Shown here: positions 35,101-42,366 of the stretch, piece by piece | Position numbering within the stretch: the stretch's first letter is position 1 | Layout of the letters: every line of letters begins with the position of its first letter | DNA from: Candidatus Thorarchaeota archaeon | Lineage (GTDB): Archaea > Asgardarchaeota > Thorarchaeia > Thorarchaeales > Thorarchaeaceae | Assembly (NCBI GenBank): GCA_048882385.1 | Contig: JBHLRQ010000017.1 | Coordinates: forward strand, 1-42,366 | Direction of reading: 5' to 3' | Length of the DNA: 42,366 nt | Translations under genes and position numbers: made by a program | The notes under the pieces: generated by a model | What the model saw: only the letters and a program-made list of their open reading frames with translations | What the model was told of the DNA's origin: nothing | Database searches by the model: none

Positions 35101-37099
35101 TACTAAAATCAGTAATTGCATGAGCCCAATTGACCAAGTCCTCTAAGGGGATACGATAATCTAAATTCACTGAAGATAAATCAGTTGCAACATTTTCTCC
35201 TGATAGCCAGTAGAGTGAAAGGCTCATGACAGTAGCTAGAGTTTCATCATCCAGACCCCAGCTCTCGATTTCCTCCATAATTTCAGGGGTATCCAAGGAT
35301 TGATACAGGACTTCACCATCAATTATTATTCGGTATTGCCATATGGTCTGCTTGACTTTTTGTGATGTGATATTAACAGCACTTGTTATCCCAGTGAATG
35401 AATCACCAACCTGATTAAAATCAGATAGATCTAGAATTCTGACATAACTCTCCAAGCATGTGATAAAGGGATAAGGTCTATCCAATACAAGTGAATCAAG
35501 AGCAGTTGGTATCATGTAATTAGCAATACTAGAAAGTGCTTCATCCTTCTGATTGAAAGATTGGGTAATGTTATGAATATCCCGACCAAGACGAGTAAGT
35601 TCGGATTTTATGTCAAAGACTCCGATGCTCGCATTCCTGAGAAATATCATATCAATAAGTGGTTCTGCGAGTGTAGTGTTCTGAGGTTCCTCACAATGGA
35701 AAATACCTGCTTCAGCACCATAGTCTTCTTCTAACAACAAGCCTGTAAGCATGAATGAATCATCGTATCTAGCTAGTTCTCTTGTTTCCGGAATAAAACC
35801 AGCATTTAGCAAATCAAAGACGCAAACGACTCCACCATCGTTTGTAGTCAATTGCCAGTCAACATTCGGTTCTGTAAGAGCTAGTGGTGAATTTGAAAAA
35901 TCAGATACAAGGGTGAAAGTTCCTAGACTAGAATCATCTTCAATAACTGTGAACATTTCATTAGGACCAATGTCCTCACCATTTGCCGCTACAGTTCCTT
36001 CATTATCCACTGACAAATAGTTCCCGTTGAAAAGCTTGATTGCAACCTTGTCATTTCCAAGGTCAATCCATTGAAATGATTGAATTCCGCCCGTACCAGC
36101 TTCATTGACGTATACTCGACCATCTGCAGCAACAGAAAGATTTCGAGAGAGGTTTACATCAGCAAGCGCAGAGGCATTTTGATCCGATTGACCAAAGACT
36201 TTCCAGATGAGTTTCGCAGTGATGCTAAGTTCGGACGGAGTAAATTCAGGATAAACTAATCTTCCACTATATGCAACAATCTTGCCATACTGTTCTACCG
36301 GAAAGAGTGGAAGTTCAATTCCTTCCGGAGTGATACTGATACCATATTTGATGACATCAATTTGTTCAGGAAGATTGGATACACTAAGTTGAAGCATGGG
36401 AACAATGAACACATCAGAATCTGGTTGCCTATGAACGTCCATCATATTACCATGAATATCATAAGGCCAATCCCAGGTTTGGGATATGAGGCTGAGATGA
36501 GCTGGATCATCTGGCACTAACTGGAATGTCATATACATTGGATTCCCATTTGTTTCAATATCAAATGACATTTCTTCAAAACAGTCAGTACTGGTGAATG
36601 GAGAAAGGTCAACATTATCTTCAACACCATCACCATCATTGTCAAAGTCCCAACCGTTGACAATGTTGTCATTGTCTATGTCTTGAGAGATGGAACCAAA
36701 CAGCTCATGATTGTCTGGGATGCCATCAAAATTCGTATCGGGCTCCAGAGGGTCGAGATCATTGTAGATTTCGAAGTCATCACTCAATTGATCAAAATCA
36801 GTATCATTGTTCATCCAGTCTGTCCCGATGACTCTCTCGACAGGATCGTAGATGGAATCCTCATCATAATCCGTCCTATTGATTAAAGGTGTAACTTCTT
36901 GCAATTGTTCGACTAGATGCCTTAGTGAGAATGCTTCTCTGGGAGGATTTGTGTTTGCAGGTAAACTATTTTCTACAACATTTTGACCTTCTTGTGTCAT
37001 CATTTCCGTCCAATATTGAACATGATAGATTTCTGCAACCAAGAACATCCCAATGAATAACAACGCAATAGCTGCAGCTGTAGGTTTCCGCCTTTGCAT
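29114..37099 (-). CDS. Giant secreted mosaic protein: TSP3-like DxDxDG Ca-binding repeats, fascin-like beta-trefoil, hydrophobic helical block, NHL and FG-GAP beta-propellers, C-terminal Ig-like domain
   Basis: N-terminal signal/anchor (MQRRKPTAAAIALLFIGMFLV). Three clusters of D[ST]D.DG..D..E...G.[DN]P repeats. FG.SVAI...G..[IV].VGAP repeats. P.D[IV].VD..GNIYVAD NHL repeats. LWPPNGK...GVSDPDGD...LRAERSG.GNGRVYEITF C-terminal domain. Confidence 0.88.
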   Translation of the reverse strand: MQRRKPTAAAIALLFIGMFLVAEIYHVQYWTEMMTQEGQNVVENSLPANTNPPREAFSLRHLVEQLQEVTPLINRTDYDEDSIYDPVERVIGTDWMNNDTDFDQLSDDFEIYNDLDPLEPDTNFDGIPDNHELFGSISQDIDNDNIVNGWDFDNDGDGVEDNVDLSPFTSTDCFEEMSFDIETNGNPMYMTFQLVPDDPAHLSLISQTWDWPYDIHGNMMDVHRQPDSDVFIVPMLQLSVSNLPEQIDVIKYGISITPEGIELPLFPVEQYGKIVAYSGRLVYPEFTPSELSITAKLIWKVFGQSDQNASALADVNLSRNLSVAADGRVYVNEAGTGGIQSFQWIDLGNDKVAIKLFNGNYLSVDNEGTVAANGEDIGPNEMFTVIEDDSSLGTFTLVSDFSNSPLALTEPNVDWQLTTNDGGVVCVFDLLNAGFIPETRELARYDDSFMLTGLLLEEDYGAEAGIFHCEEPQNTTLAEPLIDMIFLRNASIGVFDIKSELTRLGRDIHNITQSFNQKDEALSSIANYMIPTALDSLVLDRPYPFITCLESYVRILDLSDFNQVGDSFTGITSAVNITSQKVKQTIWQYRIIIDGEVLYQSLDTPEIMEEIESWGLDDETLATVMSLSLYWLSGENVATDLSSVNLDYRIPLEDLVNWAHAITDFSISVFTLIRKGLVRSIEAYRIAQRSVESFHSMIKAGWRVSIQGKQAATSVFKEWKLAFKSIGKAKTSLMKTWKSIGGIFDIAAIAIDVGVTIYGVIAITQGGLNPLQLTQALFKTLMGYIKDLMLIAISQNPYGAAFVAIFSIIDIILGWCGTTTLSDLIGMLFDEIIDAISSVDSQVYPLLEYDEDQELIIDDWTNNGVTVGDRLTFRGILRGLWYGKHQGDVEKSDVYPYYLIETPLGSSSDVGLLYDPIFVAGIIYNWENVYLPIPSSRQTADWSDASTGAMLYYSSVEYDSGVWAIPNTAMPNFPMNIRVQTFTQLYYEWTYWLFCVPITHHSHQESYDDVGSFTIYIDVLPDTIESFAAWRLITPLDLDCDGLLNSEETVTDFVKFDSDGDSLSDKFELEIGSNPLLADSDMDGLNDKYELVYHTNFTNPDSDFDGVRDYLEISGDTIQFNYLNDPLLPFTIIAHSSPRMNDSDSDGVGDFIERRDGLNPCSQDTNGDGVIDVEGPASYIEFEEEWAVGLSSSSDPFDITVDETGNIYVADSNQIIKYASDGTPVGIYNPSTESVVPCAETTLPDGNLGITQWTSNQDSYSFTPYSTSNMNTPENRIRNGIPSVAIDAAGATMVIGDPWRNIAQIFVKNGRHWDYQTYIDCGINVDPNGEAGWPMFGYSVAISPSGNIIVVGAPTMSYYPSSQYPFWWGLQDFDHTPTQTGAVFVFQRGMAGWTRVGNLGGPSKYGIMGCCVAIDERHHDLPSRSYNEYRIFATLRYWDTEGDTCSSIIEWLWQDYDNKFEPHAWIGGANRFPQNPNYGILPDPELKGRWILSMRVDTGPKIDYMNTIRLSVSAYNYDDTAHQNSAAHKGIVRVYDLRWNYKWHYNNPDGSLLDSYSYPYYWPDYYEGWTIERPPIGPGQMAYDEFGFSIDYIPGSDTYIVGAPYHEHAVRFNERVDSAPGYAYIYEYGGGTWWETPLEVPGLPDNSEFGYSVAIDNSGNTVAVGAPGFDSNMGAVFVFEKIGSSWKLLSRILNPCPIVNPDNNLGNRFGQVLEISSNGEIVWSGSGSYFIPSSGNHITIEFIAEYNSGAPWQRITKATPSGTPIYSQNIVDYGLSYSSPIKGMAADNQGSVYLSFDYMGMSSIRKYDSTFRYLRDSFGWAELEGAQGIDVGSYGLIYVADNPANKVYIFDSGGVIADGLPPIYSADGTPLNGPADVAVDADGNIYVADTGNNRILKFNDELIWQASLEVGNPLAIDVDDEGIIYVANSTHVIKFNETLIIMRPDLEDDVTDWDQDSLTDTTESNGWTITITTAHGTDVHVNSSIYLTDSDFDTISDYDEWLLGSNPQSVDSDEDGVLDPDELRLGLNIIHYDSDLDTLDDGTELNFGSDPLSPDADNDQLLDPLELQLGTDPRNNDTDGDGASDKEEYDAGSDPLSPDSDGDFIFDGTEFDLGTDPWSNDSDGDLLLDFAEVRIGTNPMDEDSDDDNVTDGLEVLMMMNPLSNDTDSDGSPDGIELDFGTSPLSNYSNPESVGAALAEAEVVVVHDGNPGSLQFAGLLSDHMVVSNVTVEEFFANYRNFSRMVLIGNPYDSQGTVGSLIADLLVDCGDTVERLATPELDYVVRYGVWNETQTIIMLSEAKAKDVFRVINIFNRKNVTVSPDSVFLEYKTIPAFEYANGEYSIYFLVNDIDTLKRTDSIIYVSLDQSVTPIMTITRFDEQSTPHSLNSTTGLMQYEFSLGTYLDTDLVLEDGTPDMINVTLIKLYYKLACLDRTGDGLANDIDDLDESTIGLYCFDESTGMWTKLTEDLDWVLECGVNTTDVVLYGQGYAGYVWAYVKHLSLFGAGAEPYNRPPNVTLATPSIEFLWPPNGKFVPIWIEGVSDPDGDDVLITILNITSDEFVGWCPDAYGVGSNIAWLRAERSGCGNGRVYEITFLAADGRGGETIGSVFVYVPHHKKRCAFVMPVDDGQIYDATKGWRPHWWHKKCWHWYSFSHCKKKYR
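30550..31250 (-). repeat. Cluster of tandem ~22-aa Ca-binding (thrombospondin type 3-like) repeats
   Basis: DSDEDGVLDPDELRLG, DSDLDTLDDGTELNFGSDP, DTDGDGASDKEEYDAGSDP, DSDGDFIFDGTEFDLGTDP, etc. Smaller clusters at about 33590-33990 and 36600-36870. Confidence 0.85.
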
Positions 37100-37406
37100 C
37101 TCTCCCTCACCAACTCACGCGATGAATATTGAATGATATCTCTCTCCACGATATCACAAGTGATCCCGCAACATCACCTGAATATATCAATATTCAAATT
37201 ATCGACCGAAAGCACATTGAATCATAATGATAAAGCTATTGTGAAATTCCTTTTTCGAGAAGACTTTCTATTTATTGTGAGAGTTGACACAAAAACAGTG
37301 TTCAAGATTTCTTCTATCTAAAGAAATGGTGGAAATGCCTTTATGCAAAGACAAGGAATCTAGATGAATTAGTGAAAATGCAGTTTGACATGAGTGTGCG
37401 GCACAA

Positions 37407-39137
37407 ATGGCTAACATATTTCATCGAGCACTAAGTATCTCAGACTTGAACTCAGAAGCTCAGCAGTTCATATCTCGAGCCACAAGCCTGATGCTTGTTT
37501 ATTCTTTCGCAGTCATGTTAACAAACACATTTCTGATTCTCCAAGCTTTGGAATATGTATCGTTGTCGGAACTATCCCTGATATTGGCATTTCAGTTTGC
37601 CATTCAGGCAGCAGCCAGCTATCCAGCTGGTGCCATAGGTGACTGGATCGGACAACGATGGGTCCTCTTTGCTGCAGCGCTATCATATGGCGTTGGGTTT
37701 GTCATCCTTTCCCAGTCTTTTGATTTCTTGTCTGTCTTAATCGCTTTTGCTTTTGTAGCCTTTGCGCAAAGTCAGGAGGCAGGAACTTATATCGCGTGGT
37801 TTGATAATAACTACAAACTCTATGCAGCAGAGGATAAAGATAGGCGTACATACTCACAATTCTATGGTAAGTACACTATGTTCAGAGAGGTCCTGACTGC
37901 TGTTTCTTTTATCTTGGGCGGAATCTTTTTGGCTTTCATAGGTCGCCAGCTCATGTTCATTGTCCAGGGCTTTTTGCTCCTTTTCGTTTCCTTGATACTT
38001 CTGAGATTTATGAGAGACCATAAGAATCTCAAACGTGACAAAGTGGATTTCAAAATGTATTTCCGTTATCTCAGAGGCGGGTTGACATCAGTAGCTCGAA
38101 ACAAAACTCTTCGACTAATGATCCTCGGTCTCATGATTTCAGGAGCAAGTTGGGCAATCTGGAGTGGCTTAATCCTCTTTCCATTCTATGCTTCATATGC
38201 TTTCACTGATGCAGGAACAGCATTACTCCGTTCAAGTATCTTCATTCTCGGTGCACTATGTGCAGGAGTAGCTGGAGTTGTTTCCAAACGAATTGGCAAA
38301 TTACAGAAATGGCTCGCACTTGCCATCCTCACAACTGACGTTGTGTTTTTCCTTGGAATCTATTCAATGGTGATGTTCAATCCAGCTCCATCGACATTTT
38401 CTCTCATGTCATTTGTTTTCGTTATTCTAACGTTCACAATCGCATTTGGACCACGATATATTGCTGATGTCTTAAGACCTCGTTTCTACCTTGATGTTAT
38501 TCCAGATGAGAATCGAAATGCAGTTTATTCCCTTATTCCAACATTGATAATGATTGTCAGCATTTTTGCTGTACCGATAGGAGGAGTTCTGATAGAAATA
38601 TGGGGACAGAGTACGATATTGCTGATTCTAGCACTCAATGGTTTGTTTGGGTCCAGTATAACTGCATTCGCAATCTACAGACACAAAGTGGAGAAGGAGA
38701 TAAGCGCAGAGACTATTGACCTATGTTGTCCAATTTTCCCGAGTAAAATGATTGACACTCAGACAATAGTCCCACTATCTCTTCCATGCTGTTGGTCATT
38801 TGATCCCATTACGGAATATATCTGGAATCAACTACGAGAAACTGCATTATCTGACCATCTGATTACAAAAGAGGAAGGAGAGCTCATAGATAGAATCGTG
38901 CTAGACGTTAGAGCATATGGTGAAGTTCTCAAGCAAGCACTCGAGGACGGGAAAATCGACGAGAAGGACCAACAGTCACTGATACAAGCACGAAACCGGA
39001 TTTGGATTGAAGCGAATAACACCGTGGTTCAACCAAACGAATTGAGTGACGATGCAAAACAGATTCTCTCTACATTGACAGAACTTCTAGAATTCATAGA
39101 CGCAAAACGTATGTTCCAGATATATGATAAAGAATAG
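37407..39137 (+). CDS. MFS transporter with ~150-aa C-terminal cytoplasmic extension
   Basis: Motif A-like PAGAIGDWIGQRWV and about 12 TM segments. Tail carries two CC pairs and two D..I...[ED] (TerB/EF-hand-like) motifs. Confidence 0.85.
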   Translation: MANIFHRALSISDLNSEAQQFISRATSLMLVYSFAVMLTNTFLILQALEYVSLSELSLILAFQFAIQAAASYPAGAIGDWIGQRWVLFAAALSYGVGFVILSQSFDFLSVLIAFAFVAFAQSQEAGTYIAWFDNNYKLYAAEDKDRRTYSQFYGKYTMFREVLTAVSFILGGIFLAFIGRQLMFIVQGFLLLFVSLILLRFMRDHKNLKRDKVDFKMYFRYLRGGLTSVARNKTLRLMILGLMISGASWAIWSGLILFPFYASYAFTDAGTALLRSSIFILGALCAGVAGVVSKRIGKLQKWLALAILTTDVVFFLGIYSMVMFNPAPSTFSLMSFVFVILTFTIAFGPRYIADVLRPRFYLDVIPDENRNAVYSLIPTLIMIVSIFAVPIGGVLIEIWGQSTILLILALNGLFGSSITAFAIYRHKVEKEISAETIDLCCPIFPSKMIDTQTIVPLSLPCCWSFDPITEYIWNQLRETALSDHLITKEEGELIDRIVLDVRAYGEVLKQALEDGKIDEKDQQSLIQARNRIWIEANNTVVQPNELSDDAKQILSTLTELLEFIDAKRMFQIYDKE

Positions 39138-39210
39138 AAATTTCAATTTGATCTCTACGATAGTTTATTGTAGCTGGAGTCTACCAACAGCAGAGGGAGC
39201 TGAATCCCGA

Positions 39211-39675
39211 ATGGCAGAAAGAACGCGTGAACAAAGATTCGATGAAGTTTTTCAGATGATTCTGATTGTCGTAGCTCTTTCATTTGACATCCTCTGGACA
39301 GCAGGACGATTTCCTATAGCTGAAATTGCTGTTTTCATCTGGATACTTGCATTCTGGGCTTACGGAAACCTCAAAGGAGGCATTTGGGAGTATCCTCTGA
39401 AAGTTGGCAGTTTCAATCTTGCTATAATTTTGATGACTAATTTCTACATCGTAGGTATCTTTGGCGACCTTACAACCCTCGGTCTGCTAGAGATTTTACT
39501 CGCAATAGCCGCGTTGCCAATCCTATGTTTGATTATATCACTAGTTTTAGTATCCTATCTCAGAAACGTAGTAAATCTCACTATTGCTTTGCCAGTCTTG
39601 ATTGGCGGAACTCTGGGCTATGCGTTTTCAATGTGGGCTGTCCTCTCTCTTGGAAATGCATTAATCACACTTTGA
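39211..39675 (+). CDS. Hypothetical multi-pass membrane protein
   Basis: Start moved to the ATG at 39211 (MAERTREQRF), after an SD-like GAGGGAG. About 5 hydrophobic helices. Confidence 0.7.
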   Translation: MAERTREQRFDEVFQMILIVVALSFDILWTAGRFPIAEIAVFIWILAFWAYGNLKGGIWEYPLKVGSFNLAIILMTNFYIVGIFGDLTTLGLLEILLAIAALPILCLIISLVLVSYLRNVVNLTIALPVLIGGTLGYAFSMWAVLSLGNALITL

Positions 39676-40362
39676 GAAAATCAATACATGCCGGAATGGA
39701 TTGCCAATTTGACGCTTTAATTTAAATCCAGCCTGTTCTGCCCATTTCACAACAGTCTTTCTTAGTGGAAAATCAGGATCTAACAAGAACTCATAATTAG
39801 CAAATAATCCATCATCCTTCAAGAGTCGTTTCACCTGAAACAATGCTTTAGGTGGATCTGGAATCTCGGGTAAGACTGCAACAGAATAGACTGCATCAGC
39901 AATCCCATCATCCAATGGTATGTAGCCTTCAGCATCAGCAAGAACCGGAATTATGTTTTCAACTCCCTCACGTTCCATCCTAGCCTTCAACTTGTCAAGC
40001 ATTCCCTGCTGGATGTCAACAGCGAATACTAACCCTGCAGGTTGAATTGCCCTCGCAACTGCAACAGTGTAGAATCCAGAACCGCAACCAAGCTCTACTA
40101 TCTCCATCCCTGGTCTCACATTCAGAGCTTCAATAATCAGCGAAGGCGGTTGTACACGGGACCTATAGGGACCAGCAGCTATCATATTACCCATTCTTGC
40201 AGGCATAGGGAATTTCCAGAAATATCGAATCGATCGGACACACACACATACCCATAGAAACAGAATTAGAAAGATGATGAGAAGGACTTCAATGACCCAG
40301 TGAACTCCAGGGAGCAAGAAATCTTCAAGCGTAAATTCACGCAGGACCAACATCGTCACCAA
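39661..40362 (-). CDS. Class I SAM-dependent methyltransferase (UbiE/Methyltransf_31-like) with N-terminal TM helix
   Basis: Motif I IVELGCGSG, VFAVDIQ, ADA..IPL.D...DAV, RLLKDDG. Start uncertain (TTG 40362 or ATG 40353). Confidence 0.88.
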   Translation of the reverse strand: MVTMLVLREFTLEDFLLPGVHWVIEVLLIIFLILFLWVCVCVRSIRYFWKFPMPARMGNMIAAGPYRSRVQPPSLIIEALNVRPGMEIVELGCGSGFYTVAVARAIQPAGLVFAVDIQQGMLDKLKARMEREGVENIIPVLADAEGYIPLDDGIADAVYSVAVLPEIPDPPKALFQVKRLLKDDGLFANYEFLLDPDFPLRKTVVKWAEQAGFKLKRQIGNPFRHVLIFSKCD

Positions 40363-40372
40363 ATGAATTAAA

Positions 40373-40392
40373 TAACTAACAAACGTTAGTTA
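40373..40392. promoter_or_regulatory. Probable TetR operator in the divergent promoter
   Basis: Perfect inverted repeat TAACTAAC-AAAC-GTTAGTTA in the 57-bp gap between the divergent methyltransferase and TetR genes. Confidence 0.75.
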
Positions 40393-40419
40393 GTTTGTTG
40401 ATATATAGGTTGCGATGGA

Positions 40420-40998
40420 ATGTCTAGAGAAGAGTCTACAAGAAGGCAGATACTCGATTCAGCTTACAAGCTGTTTGTTAAGAAGGGATATCGAGGAAGT
40501 TCAATGAGGGACATTGCAGATGATGCAAGCATAAAAGCAGCCTCCATCTACAATCATTTCGAAGGAAAGGAGGCCATTTTTGAAGAGGTCTTCATGGAGA
40601 AACATCCTCTGTTTAGAATTCTTGAAATCTTGGACAGTGTCAAAGGTGAAACTGCAGAAGATTTGCTTACTAAAGCTGTGAATCAGCTTGACAAAGAACT
40701 AAAGGGTGAGCCAGAACTCCTCAATCTATTTTTCGTTGAGCTGGTCGAGATGAATGGAAAGCATATTCCACCCGCGATTAAGGCTAATTTCCCCCATGAC
40801 TCATCATTCATTCGCCAGATATTCGAAAAGAAGTCAGAACTTAGGGAAATTCGAGAACCAGTTCTTGTGCGATCACTAATCGGAACTGTTTTTGCAAACA
40901 TCATGTTTAGTTGGTTCATTGGAGAAAGTAAACCGAAGAGGTGGGGGTCTCCAGAAGAAATGACTGATGTTCTATTACGCGGAATTCTCAAAGACTAA
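40420..40998 (+). CDS. TetR/AcrR family transcriptional regulator
   Basis: TRRQILDSAYKLFVKKGYRGSSMRDIADDASIKAASIYNHFEGKEAIF N-terminal HTH. Confidence 0.95.
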   Translation: MSREESTRRQILDSAYKLFVKKGYRGSSMRDIADDASIKAASIYNHFEGKEAIFEEVFMEKHPLFRILEILDSVKGETAEDLLTKAVNQLDKELKGEPELLNLFFVELVEMNGKHIPPAIKANFPHDSSFIRQIFEKKSELREIREPVLVRSLIGTVFANIMFSWFIGESKPKRWGSPEEMTDVLLRGILKD

Positions 40999-41095
40999 TG
41001 ATTAGAGCTTTTGCTCGTTTTGTAAAGTCATAAATTGAACTTAGGAACTGCATTCTGGATGTATGTGAAATAGAGGTCAGAGGAGGTGAAAAAGA

Positions 41096-41341
41096 ATGAA
41101 GTATCTAATTGAATGGAGGATCAAACCAAAGTATAGGAAAGAAGCAGCTAAAGCGATTGAAGATTTTAAACAACCTAAGGAATTGAAGACTGTCTTTGCA
41201 GCTCACAATTGTGTTGCATCAAATAGAGGAATTGCTGTTGTTGAAGTAGAAGATATTCGGGTGATTCAGGAAACGTTCAATCCTATGCTTGATTTCACTG
41301 ATTTCACTGTTACTCCAATTTTACCAGTTTTCCCGGAATGA
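41096..41341 (+). CDS. Small DUF3303-like ferredoxin-fold protein
   Basis: MKYLIEW...RGIAVVEVED...DFTVTPIL pattern, strong SD GGAGGTGA. Confidence 0.7.
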   Translation: MKYLIEWRIKPKYRKEAAKAIEDFKQPKELKTVFAAHNCVASNRGIAVVEVEDIRVIQETFNPMLDFTDFTVTPILPVFPE

Positions 41342-41366
41342 AAGGAAAATAAGAAGAAAGGAGATA

Positions 41367-41726
41367 TCAGATCTCCTTTCGTGCATAGATGTATTCCCTG
41401 TTTTCATCTCCCACAATCTCAACTTGATTCCACTTGATAAGAGCCAATAGATTTTCCAGAATGTAATCCTTCTCCATCTTAGTAGCTCTTGCAAGCTCTG
41501 TGATAGTGGCAGGACCATCACGAATCGCCCTGAGTATATGACTTCGATCAATTTCTTCTCTGACTGTCTGTTCCATCAATTCTTGGAGCCGATCAGGTGT
41601 GAGGTCACCCCTCTGAACCAATACGTCACCTTTGCCTATCAGCCATCTCAGACGCTCATCAGAAAATGCATCTGAGGCTGCTTCGGCTTTTTCTAGGGTT
41701 GCAGTTTCTTTCATTTCACTCATCAC
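41367..41726 (-). CDS. Small helical plus winged-HTH protein, coupled to the hdrA-like gene
   Basis: ILRAIRDGPATITELARATKMEKDYILENLLALIKWNQVEIVG..REYIY winged-helix pattern preceded by RLRWLIGK. Overlaps or abuts the hdrA stop. Confidence 0.7.
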   Translation of the reverse strand: MMSEMKETATLEKAEAASDAFSDERLRWLIGKGDVLVQRGDLTPDRLQELMEQTVREEIDRSHILRAIRDGPATITELARATKMEKDYILENLLALIKWNQVEIVGDENREYIYARKEI

Positions 41727-42366
41727 TCTCCAGTGTGGTCGGTTGTAGGAATGCCTCCACCATAGTCATGATTTGTTCATCAGTTGAGTGTCTCATGGTT
41801 ATAGCATTGCTTGGACATCCGCTCGCGCAAGTTCCACAACCATGGCATTTGGCTTCTGTCACAAATGCTGTAGGAGGGTCACCTGGTCCAGTCAAGGCAA
41901 TTGCACCATAGGGACATGCTTGGATACAAGTTGCGCATGATGAGCACAAAGTTTCATCAACAAATGAAACCGTGGATTCTATCTCAACATTCTTACGTGC
42001 CATAAGAGATGTTGCCTTTGCAGCAGCTCCACTTGCCTGAGTTGCACTATCGGTTGCATCCTTTGCAGATTGAGCAGTTCCAGCAATCATGATGCCAGCA
42101 GTGTGTGTTGTCAGTGGTGCCAATTTGATATGCTCCTCGTTGAAGAAGCCATCAGCTGAGCGAGTCAGACTAAATAGCTTAGCTACTTCATCTGTACCTG
42201 CTGGTGGAACCATGGCTGTTGTGAGAACCAGCAAATCTGGTTCAAACGCACAGGGAGTGTCAGATAGAACGTCTTTCCACTTTACGACTATTTTATCATC
42301 AATGAGAGAAACCTTTGGTTTCTTTGAATGTTCGAACTTGGAGAACATCACATGCTTGTTGCGAGC
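41716..42366 (-). CDS. hdrA: Heterodisulfide reductase subunit A-like flavoprotein, C-terminal part (5' end outside the window)
   Basis: DLLVLTTAMVP, DGFFNEEHIKLAP, GIMIAGTAQSAKD..DS..QASGAA, and two 4Fe-4S motifs (CSSCATCIQACP, CHGCGTCASGCP). Frame stays open to the window end. Confidence 0.88.
   Translation of the reverse strand, partial: ARNKHVMFSKFEHSKKPKVSLIDDKIVVKWKDVLSDTPCAFEPDLLVLTTAMVPPAGTDEVAKLFSLTRSADGFFNEEHIKLAPLTTHTAGIMIAGTAQSAKDATDSATQASGAAAKATSLMARKNVEIESTVSFVDETLCSSCATCIQACPYGAIALTGPGDPPTAFVTEAKCHGCGTCASGCPSNAITMRHSTDEQIMTMVEAFLQPTTLESDE

Noticed and set aside
37100-37406. 62-aa ORF and short TGATATC/GATATCA inverted repeat in the divergent intergenic region
   Set aside because: AT-rich promoter-like region. 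The repeat is short enough to be chance and no cognate regulator is adjacent.

Overview
Archaeal genomic DNA, about 40% GC by eye, with GAGGTGA-type Shine-Dalgarno sites, TATA-like boxes, an HdrA-like gene and a crenarchaeal/hSSB1-like SSB. The TPR plus longin-like protein and the style of the giant surface proteins suggest an Asgard archaeon, possibly Thorarchaeota (inference, not a database result). Two giant extracellular proteins dominate the window. The first is a 5'-truncated, >4,676-aa single-pass protein with about 35 roughly 100-aa '[IV]WD'-delimited beta-rich modules and a ~105-aa helical cytoplasmic tail. The second is a 2,661-aa mosaic protein with DxDxDG Ca-binding repeats, a fascin-like beta-trefoil, a central hydrophobic helical block, and an NHL propeller interrupted by an FG-GAP propeller. 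Between them lie an MFS transporter, an MBL hydrolase, an ArsR unit, a tandem PRC-barrel protein, a six-gene membrane operon with a mirror-symmetric core (serine hydrolase, membrane protein, paralogous membrane protein, serine hydrolase), two tandem SSB-like genes with RGG/YGG tails and a conserved long 5' leader, and a sulfite-oxidase-family enzyme. The right end has an MFS with a CC/TerB-like tail, a methyltransferase/TetR divergon with a clear operator, and the 3' part of an hdrA-like gene. I saw no rRNA, tRNA, CRISPR array or transposase.
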